From a virus (lineage: Duplodnaviria; Caudoviricetes): 64,000 nt of DNA. Shown here in pieces: positions 8,567-20,175 of this stretch (its first letter is position 1; every line of letters begins with the position of its first letter). Position numbers and translations under genes: made by a program. The notes beneath the pieces are model-generated. The model was not told where the DNA came from and did not search any database. It saw only the letters and a program-made list of their open reading frames with translations. The DNA is taken from IMG/VR virus record IMGVR_UViG_2974629863_000001, positions 1 through 64,000 of that record; one strand, written 5' to 3'.

Positions 8567-8770
8567 TCATTTGTCGCGCTCTTTCTTCAACACTTTAACC
8601 ATAGCGTCTAATTTCTGTGCAGTAGGTTGTGCTAATGTAATTCTGATTGCGTCTTGACGCCACATTTCTGCAGCTTCTGATTGTAGAAGATCAATGGCAT
8701 ACTGAATGCCTTCGTAATAACCTTCGGCTCGGCCTTGGTCTCTGCCTGCATCGTAATCATCGTAGAACAT
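8567..8770 (-). CDS. hypothetical protein
   Basis: YDAGRDQGRAEG motif similar to the neighbouring gene. Confidence 0.6.
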   Translation of the reverse strand: MFYDDYDAGRDQGRAEGYYEGIQYAIDLLQSEAAEMWRQDAIRITLAQPTAQKLDAMVKVLKKERDK

Positions 8771-8772
8771 TG

Positions 8773-8979
8773 CTACTTCTTCCAGAGTTCTAGGATTTCA
8801 TTGTTCAGCTTCTTAATTTCTTCAGCGAACTCAAAATCCTTTTCAGTCCAATATAAATCGCATCGTCTATTGCTCAAGATATTGGTTACTGCTGACAAGG
8901 CTTGATTGAACCCTTCGATTTCACCGTCTCTATATCCTTCGTCATGTACCGCCCAATATTCTTCTTCATTGTAGTACAT
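8773..8979 (-). CDS. hypothetical protein
   Basis: HDEGYRDGEIEG motif. Confidence 0.6.
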   Translation of the reverse strand: MYYNEEEYWAVHDEGYRDGEIEGFNQALSAVTNILSNRRCDLYWTEKDFEFAEEIKKLNNEILELWKK

Positions 8980-9643
8980 CTAATTTCCTAATCTCTCTGG
9001 CTATATATTCAGGTACCTTTAATGTAGGTTCGACTTCATAATCATGATAATTAACATGAACACCAGTTCTCAGGTAATAGGCTACTTCTTTGACTGCCCG
9101 CGTCCAATCGCCGCCAGATTTACGACCGCTAATTGCGCCAGGAATGTGTCTAAACCAAGAGCTAGGATCATTGACAGACATATTGACAGTGTATTTAGCT
9201 ACATTCGAAATAAACGGATTGGTATTGGCTGCAACAAAGTCACCAGGTGCAACAATTTGACGTGCCTTGTAGCCAATCCTACGCTGTCCCATTATTCCTG
9301 AGCCTAAGATCTTGTGACCAATTTGATAATCCTTTGGTGATCGCATAGGATCTGCAATATTGAATAGACCCTTGCAAAGAATATCTGGAAAATCTCGTAC
9401 AAAGTCTCCTGCAGCGTGAGCACCTTGTGAATATGCAACTATTACATAAGGTTCGTAGCTGTCGAAACACTCTTTAACTATGTTTGACTTGGTTACTTCT
9501 ACGGATTCTCGATATGACATTCCGTCACCGTACTTGGCGGGACTGGGAATCAAAACTGATTCATATTCGGGCAACAGTTCGTTGATTTCCTTGAAGATTC
9601 TCAATCCAGATTGCCAAGTCCCACATACGTAAAATACTTTCAC
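8966..9643 (-). CDS. cutinase/LysB-like serine hydrolase
   Basis: CGTW, nucleophile elbow VAYSQGA, IADPMR, GD and H..Y catalytic motifs. Confidence 0.75.
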   Translation of the reverse strand: MKVFYVCGTWQSGLRIFKEINELLPEYESVLIPSPAKYGDGMSYRESVEVTKSNIVKECFDSYEPYVIVAYSQGAHAAGDFVRDFPDILCKGLFNIADPMRSPKDYQIGHKILGSGIMGQRRIGYKARQIVAPGDFVAANTNPFISNVAKYTVNMSVNDPSSWFRHIPGAISGRKSGGDWTRAVKEVAYYLRTGVHVNYHDYEVEPTLKVPEYIAREIRKLDVLQ

Positions 9644-9834
9644 GCTTCAGATTCCCATCGTCGCCACAGTCGGTACTGAATTTGATATACAAACTTGTCA
9701 TACCAGCGAACAGGAGTAGGCTGAATCTCGAACCAACCTAATTTTAGGGCGAGAAGGTACATTCCACCATTGAGAATCATTCCAATTACAAATAGAACAA
9801 CCAATAGTAGAAGCACACTTAGAATGGTTAACAT
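9640..9834 (-). CDS. small membrane protein
   Basis: Long hydrophobic N-terminus. Confidence 0.6.
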   Translation of the reverse strand: MLTILSVLLLLVVLFVIGMILNGGMYLLALKLGWFEIQPTPVRWYDKFVYQIQYRLWRRWESEA

Positions 9835-10244
9835 TTTAGACTTACTCCGTCCGCGATTTGATATATAGGGCTAATGGATGATTGACTTTTCCAGTATTGA
9901 TTAACAGATTTATTGTTTCGGTAGTGTGAATTGCACCACCAGACGGGTCTTGTGTTGAATAATTCCTTCAAAGACCCGCCTGATTTAAGCATTCTTAATT
10001 CGCTTTTGTTTACCCCAGCAAAATAATAGTTCTCTACATGCTTATCAGCACACAATGGAGAAACATATTCTTCGACTAGGATTCCTATGAAATCCACCTT
10101 AACTTTTTCAAAACTACATAAAAATAATACTGGCTTTTCAACCGATAAAAAAACTTCACTTACTTGTATTGCTCCGAAATCAGGATGGTTCAGCATCTTC
10201 ATCAAACCATTTCTGGGCGGTGATCCATGTGTCTTGCTTTCCAA
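9828..10244 (-). CDS. hypothetical protein (true start probably near 10202)
   Basis: ORF in operon. Confidence 0.55.
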   Translation of the reverse strand: MESKTHGSPPRNGLMKMLNHPDFGAIQVSEVFLSVEKPVLFLCSFEKVKVDFIGILVEEYVSPLCADKHVENYYFAGVNKSELRMLKSGGSLKELFNTRPVWWCNSHYRNNKSVNQYWKSQSSISPIYQIADGVSLKC

Positions 10245-10455
10245 TCGTTAATCCGACTGTCTCAGGATCAACACATACTTGCTTATGGGCTTGGCCTTGT
10301 TTATTCACTTTCACCCGGTGCAGATCAAAATTGTTAGGTGTTGAGAACACATTCCCACATACTGAACATTCGGATGCTGGACTTCCGTGACCATTTAAAG
10401 CTGACTCTGGTAAACCCTCTCTACTCTTTCTAGCTGGAATTGGATAATCAGTCAT
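10180..10455 (-). CDS. FDxHR-type zinc-binding protein
   Basis: CSVCGNVFSTPNNFDLHR ... CVDP. Confidence 0.65.
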   Translation of the reverse strand: MTDYPIPARKSREGLPESALNGHGSPASECSVCGNVFSTPNNFDLHRVKVNKQGQAHKQVCVDPETVGLTIGKQDTWITAQKWFDEDAEPS

Positions 10456-10810
10456 TCAGATCTTCCGTCGTCATTAATCTGTCAAGATCCTTCAGAGTCT
10501 CATATTCAAACAACTGCTGTTCCGTTGGCTGAACTCTTTGGCCTGAATATGCCATTGCTAGACGGACAGACGATACATATCCGTTGTAAATCTGAATTAC
10601 AGCCTCATCGAAATCTTCTCCAACTACATCCGCTGGATCAATCTTATCTAGCTGGTTTAACGAATTCCAGAGACCAATAGCTTGTCCATAGTAAAATGCA
10701 GCTAAGATGTCGTTCTTAGCATTTTCATCTTCATTTCGTTTAACAAGTTCAACTGCCAATTGCGCGAATAAAACTTCGGGCCTAGGTAAGGAACTCTCTT
10801 GCTCTTCCAT
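10448..10810 (-). CDS. hypothetical protein
   Basis: AGGAG SD. Confidence 0.7.
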   Translation of the reverse strand: MEEQESSLPRPEVLFAQLAVELVKRNEDENAKNDILAAFYYGQAIGLWNSLNQLDKIDPADVVGEDFDEAVIQIYNGYVSSVRLAMAYSGQRVQPTEQQLFEYETLKDLDRLMTTEDLND

Positions 10811-10818
10811 TCTTACTC

Positions 10819-11088
10819 CTAAAAAATATTATTAGGATCAACAATATCCACTGTTGCTCCCTCTTTAAAGCTAAACTGCTCTGGTTCACCATACTCGTGA
10901 CCGATTCCAACTAAGTCTAGAACTGTTTCAGAACCATTGTAGTAAATTTGCCTAAGTTCTGCGGTAACTAAAATATCAATCTGTCCAAGCTTAGTTTTCC
11001 AAGGAAACCTAATATAGGTTCCAATGTCTTCCTTAATAAAACTATCGGCAGGAAATTCTGCGTCGATCTGGGGAGATAGTCGTGTCAT
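10819..11088 (-). CDS. hypothetical protein
   Basis: ATGA overlap, AAGGA SD. Confidence 0.65.
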   Translation of the reverse strand: MTRLSPQIDAEFPADSFIKEDIGTYIRFPWKTKLGQIDILVTAELRQIYYNGSETVLDLVGIGHEYGEPEQFSFKEGATVDIVDPNNIF

Positions 11089-11549
11089 TTGTTTCCTTCT
11101 AGGATTTGAAATTTAAGCCTTGTTTCCATTAGTAAAATACCTAATGCATTCAGACCTGGAATATCTTTATGCTTATTGCAAGTGCAAGATCCCCAAGTTT
11201 GATCATGCCAGAAGTTTCCTTCTACTAAATAAGCATCTTCAGTACTAAGAAGCTGATTGCGAACAGGTTCATAATAGAATTTATTCAACAGAATTCGCTT
11301 CATAGATTTAAATCGAACTGAATTATCCCAATCTGGCCTCAGAGTTACTTGCCGCCCGCGAGACTTAGCTTCTTTGGGCGTTTCGGCTGTATAGATCCAG
11401 TGCTTTTCATCTCTATCTAGAGTCTTTTCAGCATTAAACGCATGTTCGGCGGTGGGATAACAGACCCCATGTGTACCATCGGGAACAGGAGACTCATAGA
11501 AATTAGATAGAAAGTGATACTCTCCACTAAAGTCATCGATAATCTTCAT
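11085..11549 (-). CDS. NADAR (YbiA-like) family protein
   Basis: FLSNFY, PTAEHAF, RPDWD, LVEGNFWHDQTWG, GLNALGILLM. Confidence 0.9.
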   Translation of the reverse strand: MKIIDDFSGEYHFLSNFYESPVPDGTHGVCYPTAEHAFNAEKTLDRDEKHWIYTAETPKEAKSRGRQVTLRPDWDNSVRFKSMKRILLNKFYYEPVRNQLLSTEDAYLVEGNFWHDQTWGSCTCNKHKDIPGLNALGILLMETRLKFQILEGNK

Positions 11550-11679
11550 TATTCCTCTTCTTCATCTTTGTTCTTTGCATTTTCTTTCCACCATTGCTTC
11601 TGAGTCTTATTCCAGTCATGGTCTGAGAAATAAATATCGGACTGAACATGTTCATGTGAAAATAGATTCATGATAACTC

Positions 11680-11897
11680 CTAAAAGGTGCAGTAACAATC
11701 TCCGGTTAGACTTCTTTTTTCTCTACATACTGGACAAGTAGCACCAATCTTTGGAGCTGGCTTGCCTTTTCTACCGTATGGATGACCTTTCTTTGCCTTG
11801 GGTTTGTCTTCATCATCACCAAACACATCTTGATAATGTAGGTACTGATCCATATTCGAAAACATCGGCATCCTCGCTGGTAGTTGGTAGATTTCAT
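11680..11897 (-). CDS. small zinc-finger protein (start uncertain)
   Basis: CPVC...GDCYC in the 11680..11871 frame. Confidence 0.5.
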
Positions 11898-11958
11898 CCT
11901 ACACTAGGCGTGCGTGTGACCGCAAGTAACGGTAATCGAGTGCGCAATAATAGATTGT

Positions 11959-12567
11959 TTAGCCAAGTGGAGTTGCTGGGTCAACCCATTCGACTCTTAC
12001 TTGATCATCTGTCTCTGCTTCTAGAATGTCATGGATAACTGTTGGGCTAACATCAACAACTCTATGTCCAATTGATGGTCCTGCATCTGCTGGTCTAAGA
12101 ACTACAGTCTTACCAGTAGCAATTACAGTTACTCTTACTTTTCTAGTTGCTAGATACTTCTTTAGACGGAATTTTTCTTCGTCTGTCATGCCTGGAAGGT
12201 TGCCATTAGGCTTAAATGTCGTGGGATGCCAAGCTACATATCCCCAACGCATTGCACAGTAGTAAATATCAGTAGGTTTGTCGGCAGGCTCACCCGAAAC
12301 TCCCATATAACCACCCTTAGTGGAAGCATCTCCCGGAGTTGCAAAGTGAGAGATGCCTCCAACTAATTTGGTTGTACTAGTGAGTTGAAGTTCGTCTTTT
12401 GTTGGTGTGTATCCCTGTGGCTTGTCAACAACGGGAGGTTGACTTGGCGATGTCAACGCAATACCTTTGACTGCGTTGTAAAGCTCGGGCCAAACCCGCT
12501 GTAGATCATCCAACTTGCGAGGATCTTTGTTTTCCTTAAGTACGTTTTCAATCTCTTCTAGTGACAT
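11959..12567 (-). CDS. RlpA/double-psi beta-barrel-like protein (possible cell-wall-acting)
   Basis: YYCAMRW, KVRVTVIATGKTVVLRPADAGP, RVVDVSP; leaderless promoter TGATATAAT. Confidence 0.6.
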   Translation of the reverse strand: MSLEEIENVLKENKDPRKLDDLQRVWPELYNAVKGIALTSPSQPPVVDKPQGYTPTKDELQLTSTTKLVGGISHFATPGDASTKGGYMGVSGEPADKPTDIYYCAMRWGYVAWHPTTFKPNGNLPGMTDEEKFRLKKYLATRKVRVTVIATGKTVVLRPADAGPSIGHRVVDVSPTVIHDILEAETDDQVRVEWVDPATPLG

Positions 12568-12579
12568 AGGACTATTATA

Positions 12580-13518
12580 TCAGCTTAATAGTTCTTTTGC
12601 TTTTGCTAAATGTGCGCGAGCTGAATTATATGCACTTCGCTTTTTGGCGGCTGCTGAATAAGTAGGCTGAAAAATAGACATTTCCTTACTCAGAGAATCT
12701 AGAGTCTTAAGGATCTGTTTCTTCGTAGCAACATCTACTGATGTGTACTGCTCTAGAACCTTGTCAATCTGATCTTCGATTGACTTCTTGAATTCCGCCT
12801 TCTTTTTGGTCACAAATTCTAGGTCTCCTACTGCGCCGGAAGAGACAGAAACAGTAACCGTAGTATAAGAATGAACTGCATGGTTCAAATAAAACTCATA
12901 ACTACGACCGCTAGTATTTATCTTGAAGTTATTCAATCGATACTGACCAGTGTCACGCCAAAACTTAGTACCTTTTAGATGCTCATCGATTACTTTTACC
13001 ATCCAGTCTGAAGATGATTCAAAGTGACAATGGCCTAGGTAATTAGAATCAAGACTTCCAACAATGCGAATGTCTGGATCTTCCGGCTGATCCTGATAAT
13101 AGGAAACAGTGAAAGGAACTTCAGCCTTTACTTCTTCTTGTTTATGAACTGCAGACCACTTCTGCAGAAACTTCTTATATAGAAACTCATCTTCGACATC
13201 TGCGAAATTCCAAGATCCGTCTGAAATCTGCATACCTTTATCAGTGAACTCTGATAGTAAGTTGTTATATTCTTCCAAAGAAACCTCTTCAGATGAATTC
13301 TTGTATCCAACATGCACATTTTCAGTAGTGATCTTATATAGCTTTGTTGGAAGATCTTGTAGAGTAATCTTGAATTCAGTAGTCCGATTACTAGTACCGC
13401 TATCATACTCGAACTCGTATAAGAAACGAGTCATTGAATAGTTTCGTACTTCTTTTGCAGTAAATAAGACAGTCTTGTCTTTAAAGACTACAAACTTATA
13501 CTCACTGGTTTCTACCAT
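12580..13518 (-). CDS. hypothetical protein
   Basis: 312-aa ORF, TAATG coupled. Confidence 0.75.
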   Translation of the reverse strand: MVETSEYKFVVFKDKTVLFTAKEVRNYSMTRFLYEFEYDSGTSNRTTEFKITLQDLPTKLYKITTENVHVGYKNSSEEVSLEEYNNLLSEFTDKGMQISDGSWNFADVEDEFLYKKFLQKWSAVHKQEEVKAEVPFTVSYYQDQPEDPDIRIVGSLDSNYLGHCHFESSSDWMVKVIDEHLKGTKFWRDTGQYRLNNFKINTSGRSYEFYLNHAVHSYTTVTVSVSSGAVGDLEFVTKKKAEFKKSIEDQIDKVLEQYTSVDVATKKQILKTLDSLSKEMSIFQPTYSAAAKKRSAYNSARAHLAKAKELLS

Positions 13519-14381
13519 TATTTAATATTCCATTCTTTTGTGATCCAAGCCTTGTATCTTGGTTCGAGTCGATTAATCCAATCTTCCGGCCATACGTCAC
13601 CTTCAAAAGCACCGATAAAACCACCTGTGATTGCTGCGATAGTATCAGAGTCACCAGCACAAGTAGCTGCCAAACCTAATCTAACTAGTGCCGGTGCCTT
13701 TAGACCTAGATAGTATAATGCTAAGGCTAGAGCTTCTTCTGCAATCCAACCTTCTCCAATATATTCACATTCAGTTTGGTATTGAAAGATCTCTGGATTA
13801 TCCCTGTACTCAATAGCTTTTCCGAGCGCTGCCTGAACTTCTGGATAATGTGCAGATGATACAAATGCCCGATCCAAAGCAGTCCTACTGTTTATCATTT
13901 TTAACTGACTTGAAACAACCATGTTGATTGCAATTACACAACTCCCGGTTGCCGAAGAATGCTTGTGCGTCAATTCACTTTGTGCTTTAGCTAGAGTATG
14001 TTTGTAACGCTTTTTGGTATAGGCGCAAGGAAAAACTCTCATGAGAGAACCATTCCCCTTGGAATCATTTTCAACAGGTTCATGCAATTCCAGACTGCGA
14101 ATTGATTCTAAGCAAGTGTCTCCTGGATACCTATCGTTATCTGGATCATGCAACCATTCGATAAACTTCTCTCTAATCTTAAAAACTCTAGCTTCAAATG
14201 GAGCTGGATGTTCTAAAGCGTCAGCTAAGTAAAGAGTCATTTGTGTATCATCTGTAACAATGAACTTCTCTGGTGGAGTTGGGTCGCCCCATAGGTAAAT
14301 CTCTTCTGCACTTAGAAACTCATTAGCATTTCCCCAAGCATCTCCAAAGGCAATTCCTTTGAGGCAACCTATCCAACTCAT
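13518..14381 (-). CDS. ADP-ribosylglycohydrolase (DraG/ARH family)
   Basis: GDAWG, TDDTQMT, GNGSLMR, GDSDTIAAITG. Confidence 0.92.
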   Translation of the reverse strand: MSWIGCLKGIAFGDAWGNANEFLSAEEIYLWGDPTPPEKFIVTDDTQMTLYLADALEHPAPFEARVFKIREKFIEWLHDPDNDRYPGDTCLESIRSLELHEPVENDSKGNGSLMRVFPCAYTKKRYKHTLAKAQSELTHKHSSATGSCVIAINMVVSSQLKMINSRTALDRAFVSSAHYPEVQAALGKAIEYRDNPEIFQYQTECEYIGEGWIAEEALALALYYLGLKAPALVRLGLAATCAGDSDTIAAITGGFIGAFEGDVWPEDWINRLEPRYKAWITKEWNIK

Positions 14382-15119
14382 TTAGTCCTCTTCATCTTCG
14401 TCATAGTTCTTAATGTCATCCCAAGCATCGTATGAAACGGGGAATGACTCTTTTACAATGTCCCGGATAGCCTGTGCGTATAGTTGAATTTCATACTGCG
14501 CATGTGAATCAAGTCGCTCTTCTAGAACGTGGAAAAGAGAATTAAGACTTGCAGTCCATACACAAGTAACATATAGACCATATGCGCCTAAGAACAACCG
14601 TGCTAGTTCCGGTGCTGCATCATCGGCCATTGCAGCGTTATACATTCCTTCACCCTGCGCGTAGTGCTTCAGAAGCTCATTGGTCCAGTAGGCTCCATCC
14701 TGTGAGTTCATAGGAGGTCCAGAGCCTTGCTTCTTATTCTCCGGTGCCGTTCGCCATTCATCTGCACCAGGAACATAGTACTCATTCTCATCAGTAATGT
14801 AACGACGAGAATTTTCATTCCAACCAAGCTGATCTTCAGTAAAGCTAGATCCAACTACGTACTTCCAAAGTTGGCGGGCGATCATAAGAGGCATCTTGAT
14901 TTCAAAGGTAATAGCATTGTGTCTAAAACAAGCCATTTCCTTATTGGTAATGAGATACTTCACAAGTCGTTCATTCTGTTCCTGAGTATATGCTTCGGGA
15001 GACTTCTTGAATGAAGTTCGAGCTGCACGTGCAGGTGTAATATCTGTTCCAAGTTTGTCGATAAAACCTACATAGCCTTTATCTAGAACTTCAATATATC
15101 CATTTGGTAATTCAGTCAT
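14382..15119 (-). CDS. thyX: flavin-dependent thymidylate synthase
   Basis: ARAARTS, WNENSRRY, ELARLFL, RLDSHAQYEI. Confidence 0.9.
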   Translation of the reverse strand: MTELPNGYIEVLDKGYVGFIDKLGTDITPARAARTSFKKSPEAYTQEQNERLVKYLITNKEMACFRHNAITFEIKMPLMIARQLWKYVVGSSFTEDQLGWNENSRRYITDENEYYVPGADEWRTAPENKKQGSGPPMNSQDGAYWTNELLKHYAQGEGMYNAAMADDAAPELARLFLGAYGLYVTCVWTASLNSLFHVLEERLDSHAQYEIQLYAQAIRDIVKESFPVSYDAWDDIKNYDEDEED

Positions 15120-15397
15120 AGTATAGTTTTCTTATTCTTTCTACGTATTCTTCTGTTGCCATAGGCTCTTCACGATATTCCGACTTGTTATGTTCTTCTT
15201 GCTGAATCTCTAGAACCATTCTTACAATGTCTAGAACCGGAACACTAAAGCTAGATGGATATCCGTCTTTCATGATCTTAGTTTTATACGCATAGGCTCT
15301 CTTGGCATATTCTTCGTCGGAAAACTCTCCATCTTCCCATTCCAGATGAGCGACCTTCTTCGACCAGTACCGAGAGTCACCTAGCTTATCAGCAATC

Positions 15398-16876
<1,479 letters not shown>

Positions 16877-17027
16877 ATACGCCAGCCTCTTGAATAAAGA
16901 ATGTCTTTAATGTCTTGTTTTAAATCTTTGTCGTCGTCACACAACTCTTTATAACTTGCTAATTCCATATACATGCGTTCTAATTCTTGTGATGTATGAA
17001 CTGCTAAGTTATGATTCATGGTATCTC

Positions 17028-17822
17028 CTATGATCTACTTCTAAATACAATTGTTTCAAACTCTACTGCTAGAGCTTCATCAATAGTTACATTTCGAAGT
17101 GACCCATCGTGATTTACCATTTGCAAATCGTGTGTCTTTAACACTTCGTTTAGCCATTCACGGTTATATTCGTCTCCGTGGCGAACCGGCACCCATTCTA
17201 CGAACCAAACATTATTGTTGAGCTTCTTTCGGAAGTTGTTTGATCCGTCCCAAACTTGTCTTTCGAAACCCTCTACGTCTACTTTGATGACTCGCTTATT
17301 TTTGATAAACGACCTCTTGTAAACTTCGTCTAGAGTGGTTACTTCTACTTCTATGAAATCATCTCCGGTTCCGTAGAGACTGTTCGCACCACTATGACCT
17401 TCGTGATTGTATAACTTTAAAGTCTCTTCTTTATCGCCAACAGCTTTTTCAACGATAAGTACATCTTCATAGCAATTATTAAGATCTATAGAACTTACGA
17501 TGTAATTAATTAATTCATCATTTGGCTCGAAGCATGTGACTTGTTTTCTACTAGTGGCTGCCATTAATGTGTAGTAGCCAACATTAGCTCCGATATCAAT
17601 AAATTCTACATCGCCAATGAGTTCATTAGAAATTGCTACAGCATTCCAAGCTTCCCAATTACCAGTTCGCTTAACTGGTTCTGTAAATGCAGTGTCATCT
17701 GGTTCACACTCAAGCCAGAAACTACTATGCATTCTCACTACCGGGTTTCCTCGATCATTGATGTAGTGATAGAGACCTGCCTTCGAAATAAGATCAAGTT
17801 CAGATCGTGATTGATACCACAT
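17028..17822 (-). CDS. FkbM-family SAM-dependent methyltransferase
   Basis: FIDIGANVGYYT, FEPN, IKVDVEGFE. Confidence 0.9.
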   Translation of the reverse strand: MWYQSRSELDLISKAGLYHYINDRGNPVVRMHSSFWLECEPDDTAFTEPVKRTGNWEAWNAVAISNELIGDVEFIDIGANVGYYTLMAATSRKQVTCFEPNDELINYIVSSIDLNNCYEDVLIVEKAVGDKEETLKLYNHEGHSGANSLYGTGDDFIEVEVTTLDEVYKRSFIKNKRVIKVDVEGFERQVWDGSNNFRKKLNNNVWFVEWVPVRHGDEYNREWLNEVLKTHDLQMVNHDGSLRNVTIDEALAVEFETIVFRSRS

Positions 17823-18320
17823 TTAGAAGCCTCCCGCTTCACATGAACTAGAGCCGGTGTCCGAAGATCCACAGTTTGGATCTGAGTTAGTAATGGCAGT
17901 ATATTGTGCTGGAATAGTAGTATCCGTAGAAAGCTTAGCTTCGTTTGAAACATTAGATTTACTTGAAGACTTAGGTTTACGAATAGAATCGGTGCCTTTC
18001 TTCAGTGCCGCTTCTGCCTTCTTAATATCGGATAAAACTTTAGAAGTAGGAGCTAGAAAATCTGCCTGATCCTTAATATGAACATTAACTCGTTCATTTG
18101 TATACTTAGTCTTCTGTTCAATAAGAAGGCGATTTTCTCCTTCAAGAAGAGCAATCCTATAGTCTTTTTCGGTACCTTTTTCCGTTAATGAAAGAATAGT
18201 ACGTCTCTGTACTTCATTAGCCTCTTTAAGCTGCCTAATTTCTTTCTTTCTGGCTGTAGTAACGAACAGGTCATTTATAATGTACCCCAGAAACGCTACA
18301 GCACATATAGCAAGTAACAT
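17823..18320 (-). CDS. membrane-anchored coiled-coil protein
   Basis: Hydrophobic MLLAICAVAF N-terminus behind GAGG SD. Confidence 0.65.
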   Translation of the reverse strand: MLLAICAVAFLGYIINDLFVTTARKKEIRQLKEANEVQRRTILSLTEKGTEKDYRIALLEGENRLLIEQKTKYTNERVNVHIKDQADFLAPTSKVLSDIKKAEAALKKGTDSIRKPKSSSKSNVSNEAKLSTDTTIPAQYTAITNSDPNCGSSDTGSSSCEAGGF

Positions 18321-18363
18321 TTTGCCTCTTTCACTTGATTGAGATTTCAGTCTACTACACACA

Positions 18364-18395
18364 ACCGCCCCGCGCTGGACGGCTACGGGGCGGAT
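18364..18395 (-). terminator. GC-rich hairpin, probable terminator
   Basis: CCGCCCCG ... CGGGGCGG downstream of the cutinase gene. Confidence 0.5.
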
Positions 18396-18418
18396 GGTGC
18401 ATAACTGTTTACATCAGT

Positions 18419-19369
18419 TTAAAACAGTCTCGGTAATACTGGCAGTGGTGGAGGTACAAATTCTAGAACTTCCTTAGGAAGGACGTTCTGTACTTCTACC
18501 GGGAGATAGTTTTTAACTGGTGTCGGAACATATGGGCCAGGATTAAGAACTTTAGCTACGTCATTAATATTGGGCAACGGTCCGTAGTTGATAGGCGGTA
18601 GTGATACTTGAGGAACAACCGGGGCGGGAAGAATAACCTGTGGAGGTAGTTCTTTAATTTGCGGTCCGTCTGGAATCAAAATTTCCTCTGTAACAGTAGG
18701 AGCAACTGGATTCGGAGCATAATTACCATGCTTTCCGAATAGATAACCAGCAACACCATCAATAAATCCAATCGGATTAGATCCAAAAGCTGGTAGATCA
18801 CAAATACCATCACCATCTCGACAAGTATCTCGAACTGGGATATTACCGTAACTACCATGTGGACCTGTCATTGAAGCACCTGGATATAAGCCGGAAAGAG
18901 TAGATTCTACTCCACCAACTCTTTTAGGATTAGCAATAACATCTGCTGATACATTGTAATCATAACCTTCTCGTGCCAGTCTAGTAACAGTATCATCTAC
19001 TACTCTAGCACCAGCACTATGACCAATCAAAATTGTCTGTGACTCAGGACAATTAACTTGGTTCCAGCGAACTTGGTCATACATCCTCTGAGAACCCATT
19101 TGCGTAGAAGCGTCATAAGAATAAGGGCCTAGCGGCCAAAACGATTGAGGATAATCAAGTGTTGAAACATGATATCCGGGTCGCCCTTCATAAACATCTG
19201 CCCACTTTTCAGCAATACTATTTGGTCCACTAGCACCGATTCCATTAGCTGCAATTACATATACTTCAGAGCAACTTGCTGGTTGAGCGCTAGCCGGGGA
19301 GCTAAGACCAATCATACCTGCGAGAGCAATACAAAACGCAAATACGATCCCCTTGATTTTATTAATCAT
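18419..19369 (-). CDS. secreted cutinase/PE-PPE-like hydrolase with Pro-rich tail
   Basis: Signal peptide, GHSAG elbow, CRDGDGIC, H..Y. Confidence 0.8.
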   Translation of the reverse strand: MINKIKGIVFAFCIALAGMIGLSSPASAQPASCSEVYVIAANGIGASGPNSIAEKWADVYEGRPGYHVSTLDYPQSFWPLGPYSYDASTQMGSQRMYDQVRWNQVNCPESQTILIGHSAGARVVDDTVTRLAREGYDYNVSADVIANPKRVGGVESTLSGLYPGASMTGPHGSYGNIPVRDTCRDGDGICDLPAFGSNPIGFIDGVAGYLFGKHGNYAPNPVAPTVTEEILIPDGPQIKELPPQVILPAPVVPQVSLPPINYGPLPNINDVAKVLNPGPYVPTPVKNYLPVEVQNVLPKEVLEFVPPPLPVLPRLF

Positions 19370-19381
19370 GATCTTTCCTTT

Positions 19382-19774
19382 CTACTCGTCGTCCTCATCG
19401 ATATCTAGATCAATCTCTAGGACTTCGCCCGCTGCATTTAGCATGACTCCATCTTTTTCAACCCAGGACGAACACTCTGGTGGCGGGTCACCTTCACCGG
19501 CCCAATAAAATTTTATAATCGCATTCTCGATTGGATATTCTGATTCCCAACCAAGTTGCTTTAAGGCGATAACCAAACTATTGGTTTCATTCAGCTCTAG
19601 TGCAACTTCCATTAGATCTTCGCAGTCGGAAAGTAACATTGAAAGATCGAATTCAGGATTAAAAGCTGAACCTCTTTGACCATAGTAGGATGGATTGTTT
19701 GCGTACTCTTCCAATACCTCATCTTCAATACTGGATAGTTCATCCCAGTCTATTGCATCATTATCATCACTCAT
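19382..19774 (-). CDS. acidic hypothetical protein
   Basis: MSDDND start behind AAGGA SD. Confidence 0.65.
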   Translation of the reverse strand: MSDDNDAIDWDELSSIEDEVLEEYANNPSYYGQRGSAFNPEFDLSMLLSDCEDLMEVALELNETNSLVIALKQLGWESEYPIENAIIKFYWAGEGDPPPECSSWVEKDGVMLNAAGEVLEIDLDIDEDDE

Positions 19775-20175
19775 TGAAGTTCCTTTTCTAGTAGCTTTTG
19801 ATTCAAATCTACTAGCCACATTTTACCATCGATATCCTTTTTGGATATGAGTCGTGGAGGTCCGAGTGGATAATGCTTTTTTATAGCTTGCTTAATCCTT
19901 TCATCTTTATCACAAAGTCCATCTAAGATTACTTGTGCTTCATAGGATATATTGCATCTACGATTTTCAATCCATGCTTTAGAACCGGCAGTGAAAGGCA
20001 TACACCATGTTTTATCTTGAGGAGACCACCAAGCTCTTTGTTTCTTTAATGATGCAATAGTACTAGTATTGTAATCAAATGATAAAGCAAACCAACACTT
20101 TCTTGAATATCTAACTTCTCCAGTTGCTTTATCTTTTCTTTGTTCTAACTTAGATCTAGTTACTATTCGTATCAT
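19771..20175 (-). CDS. hypothetical protein, HARP-like motif
   Basis: LSFDYN...LKK..AWWSPQDKTW resembles HARP-type domains. Confidence 0.55.
   Translation of the reverse strand: MIRIVTRSKLEQRKDKATGEVRYSRKCWFALSFDYNTSTIASLKKQRAWWSPQDKTWCMPFTAGSKAWIENRRCNISYEAQVILDGLCDKDERIKQAIKKHYPLGPPRLISKKDIDGKMWLVDLNQKLLEKELQ

Noticed and set aside
14820-14900. ThyX lacks the canonical RHR motif (RQLWKYVVG)
   Set aside because: Other ThyX motifs, including the SxRY serine, are intact; treated as a family variant rather than a pseudogene.
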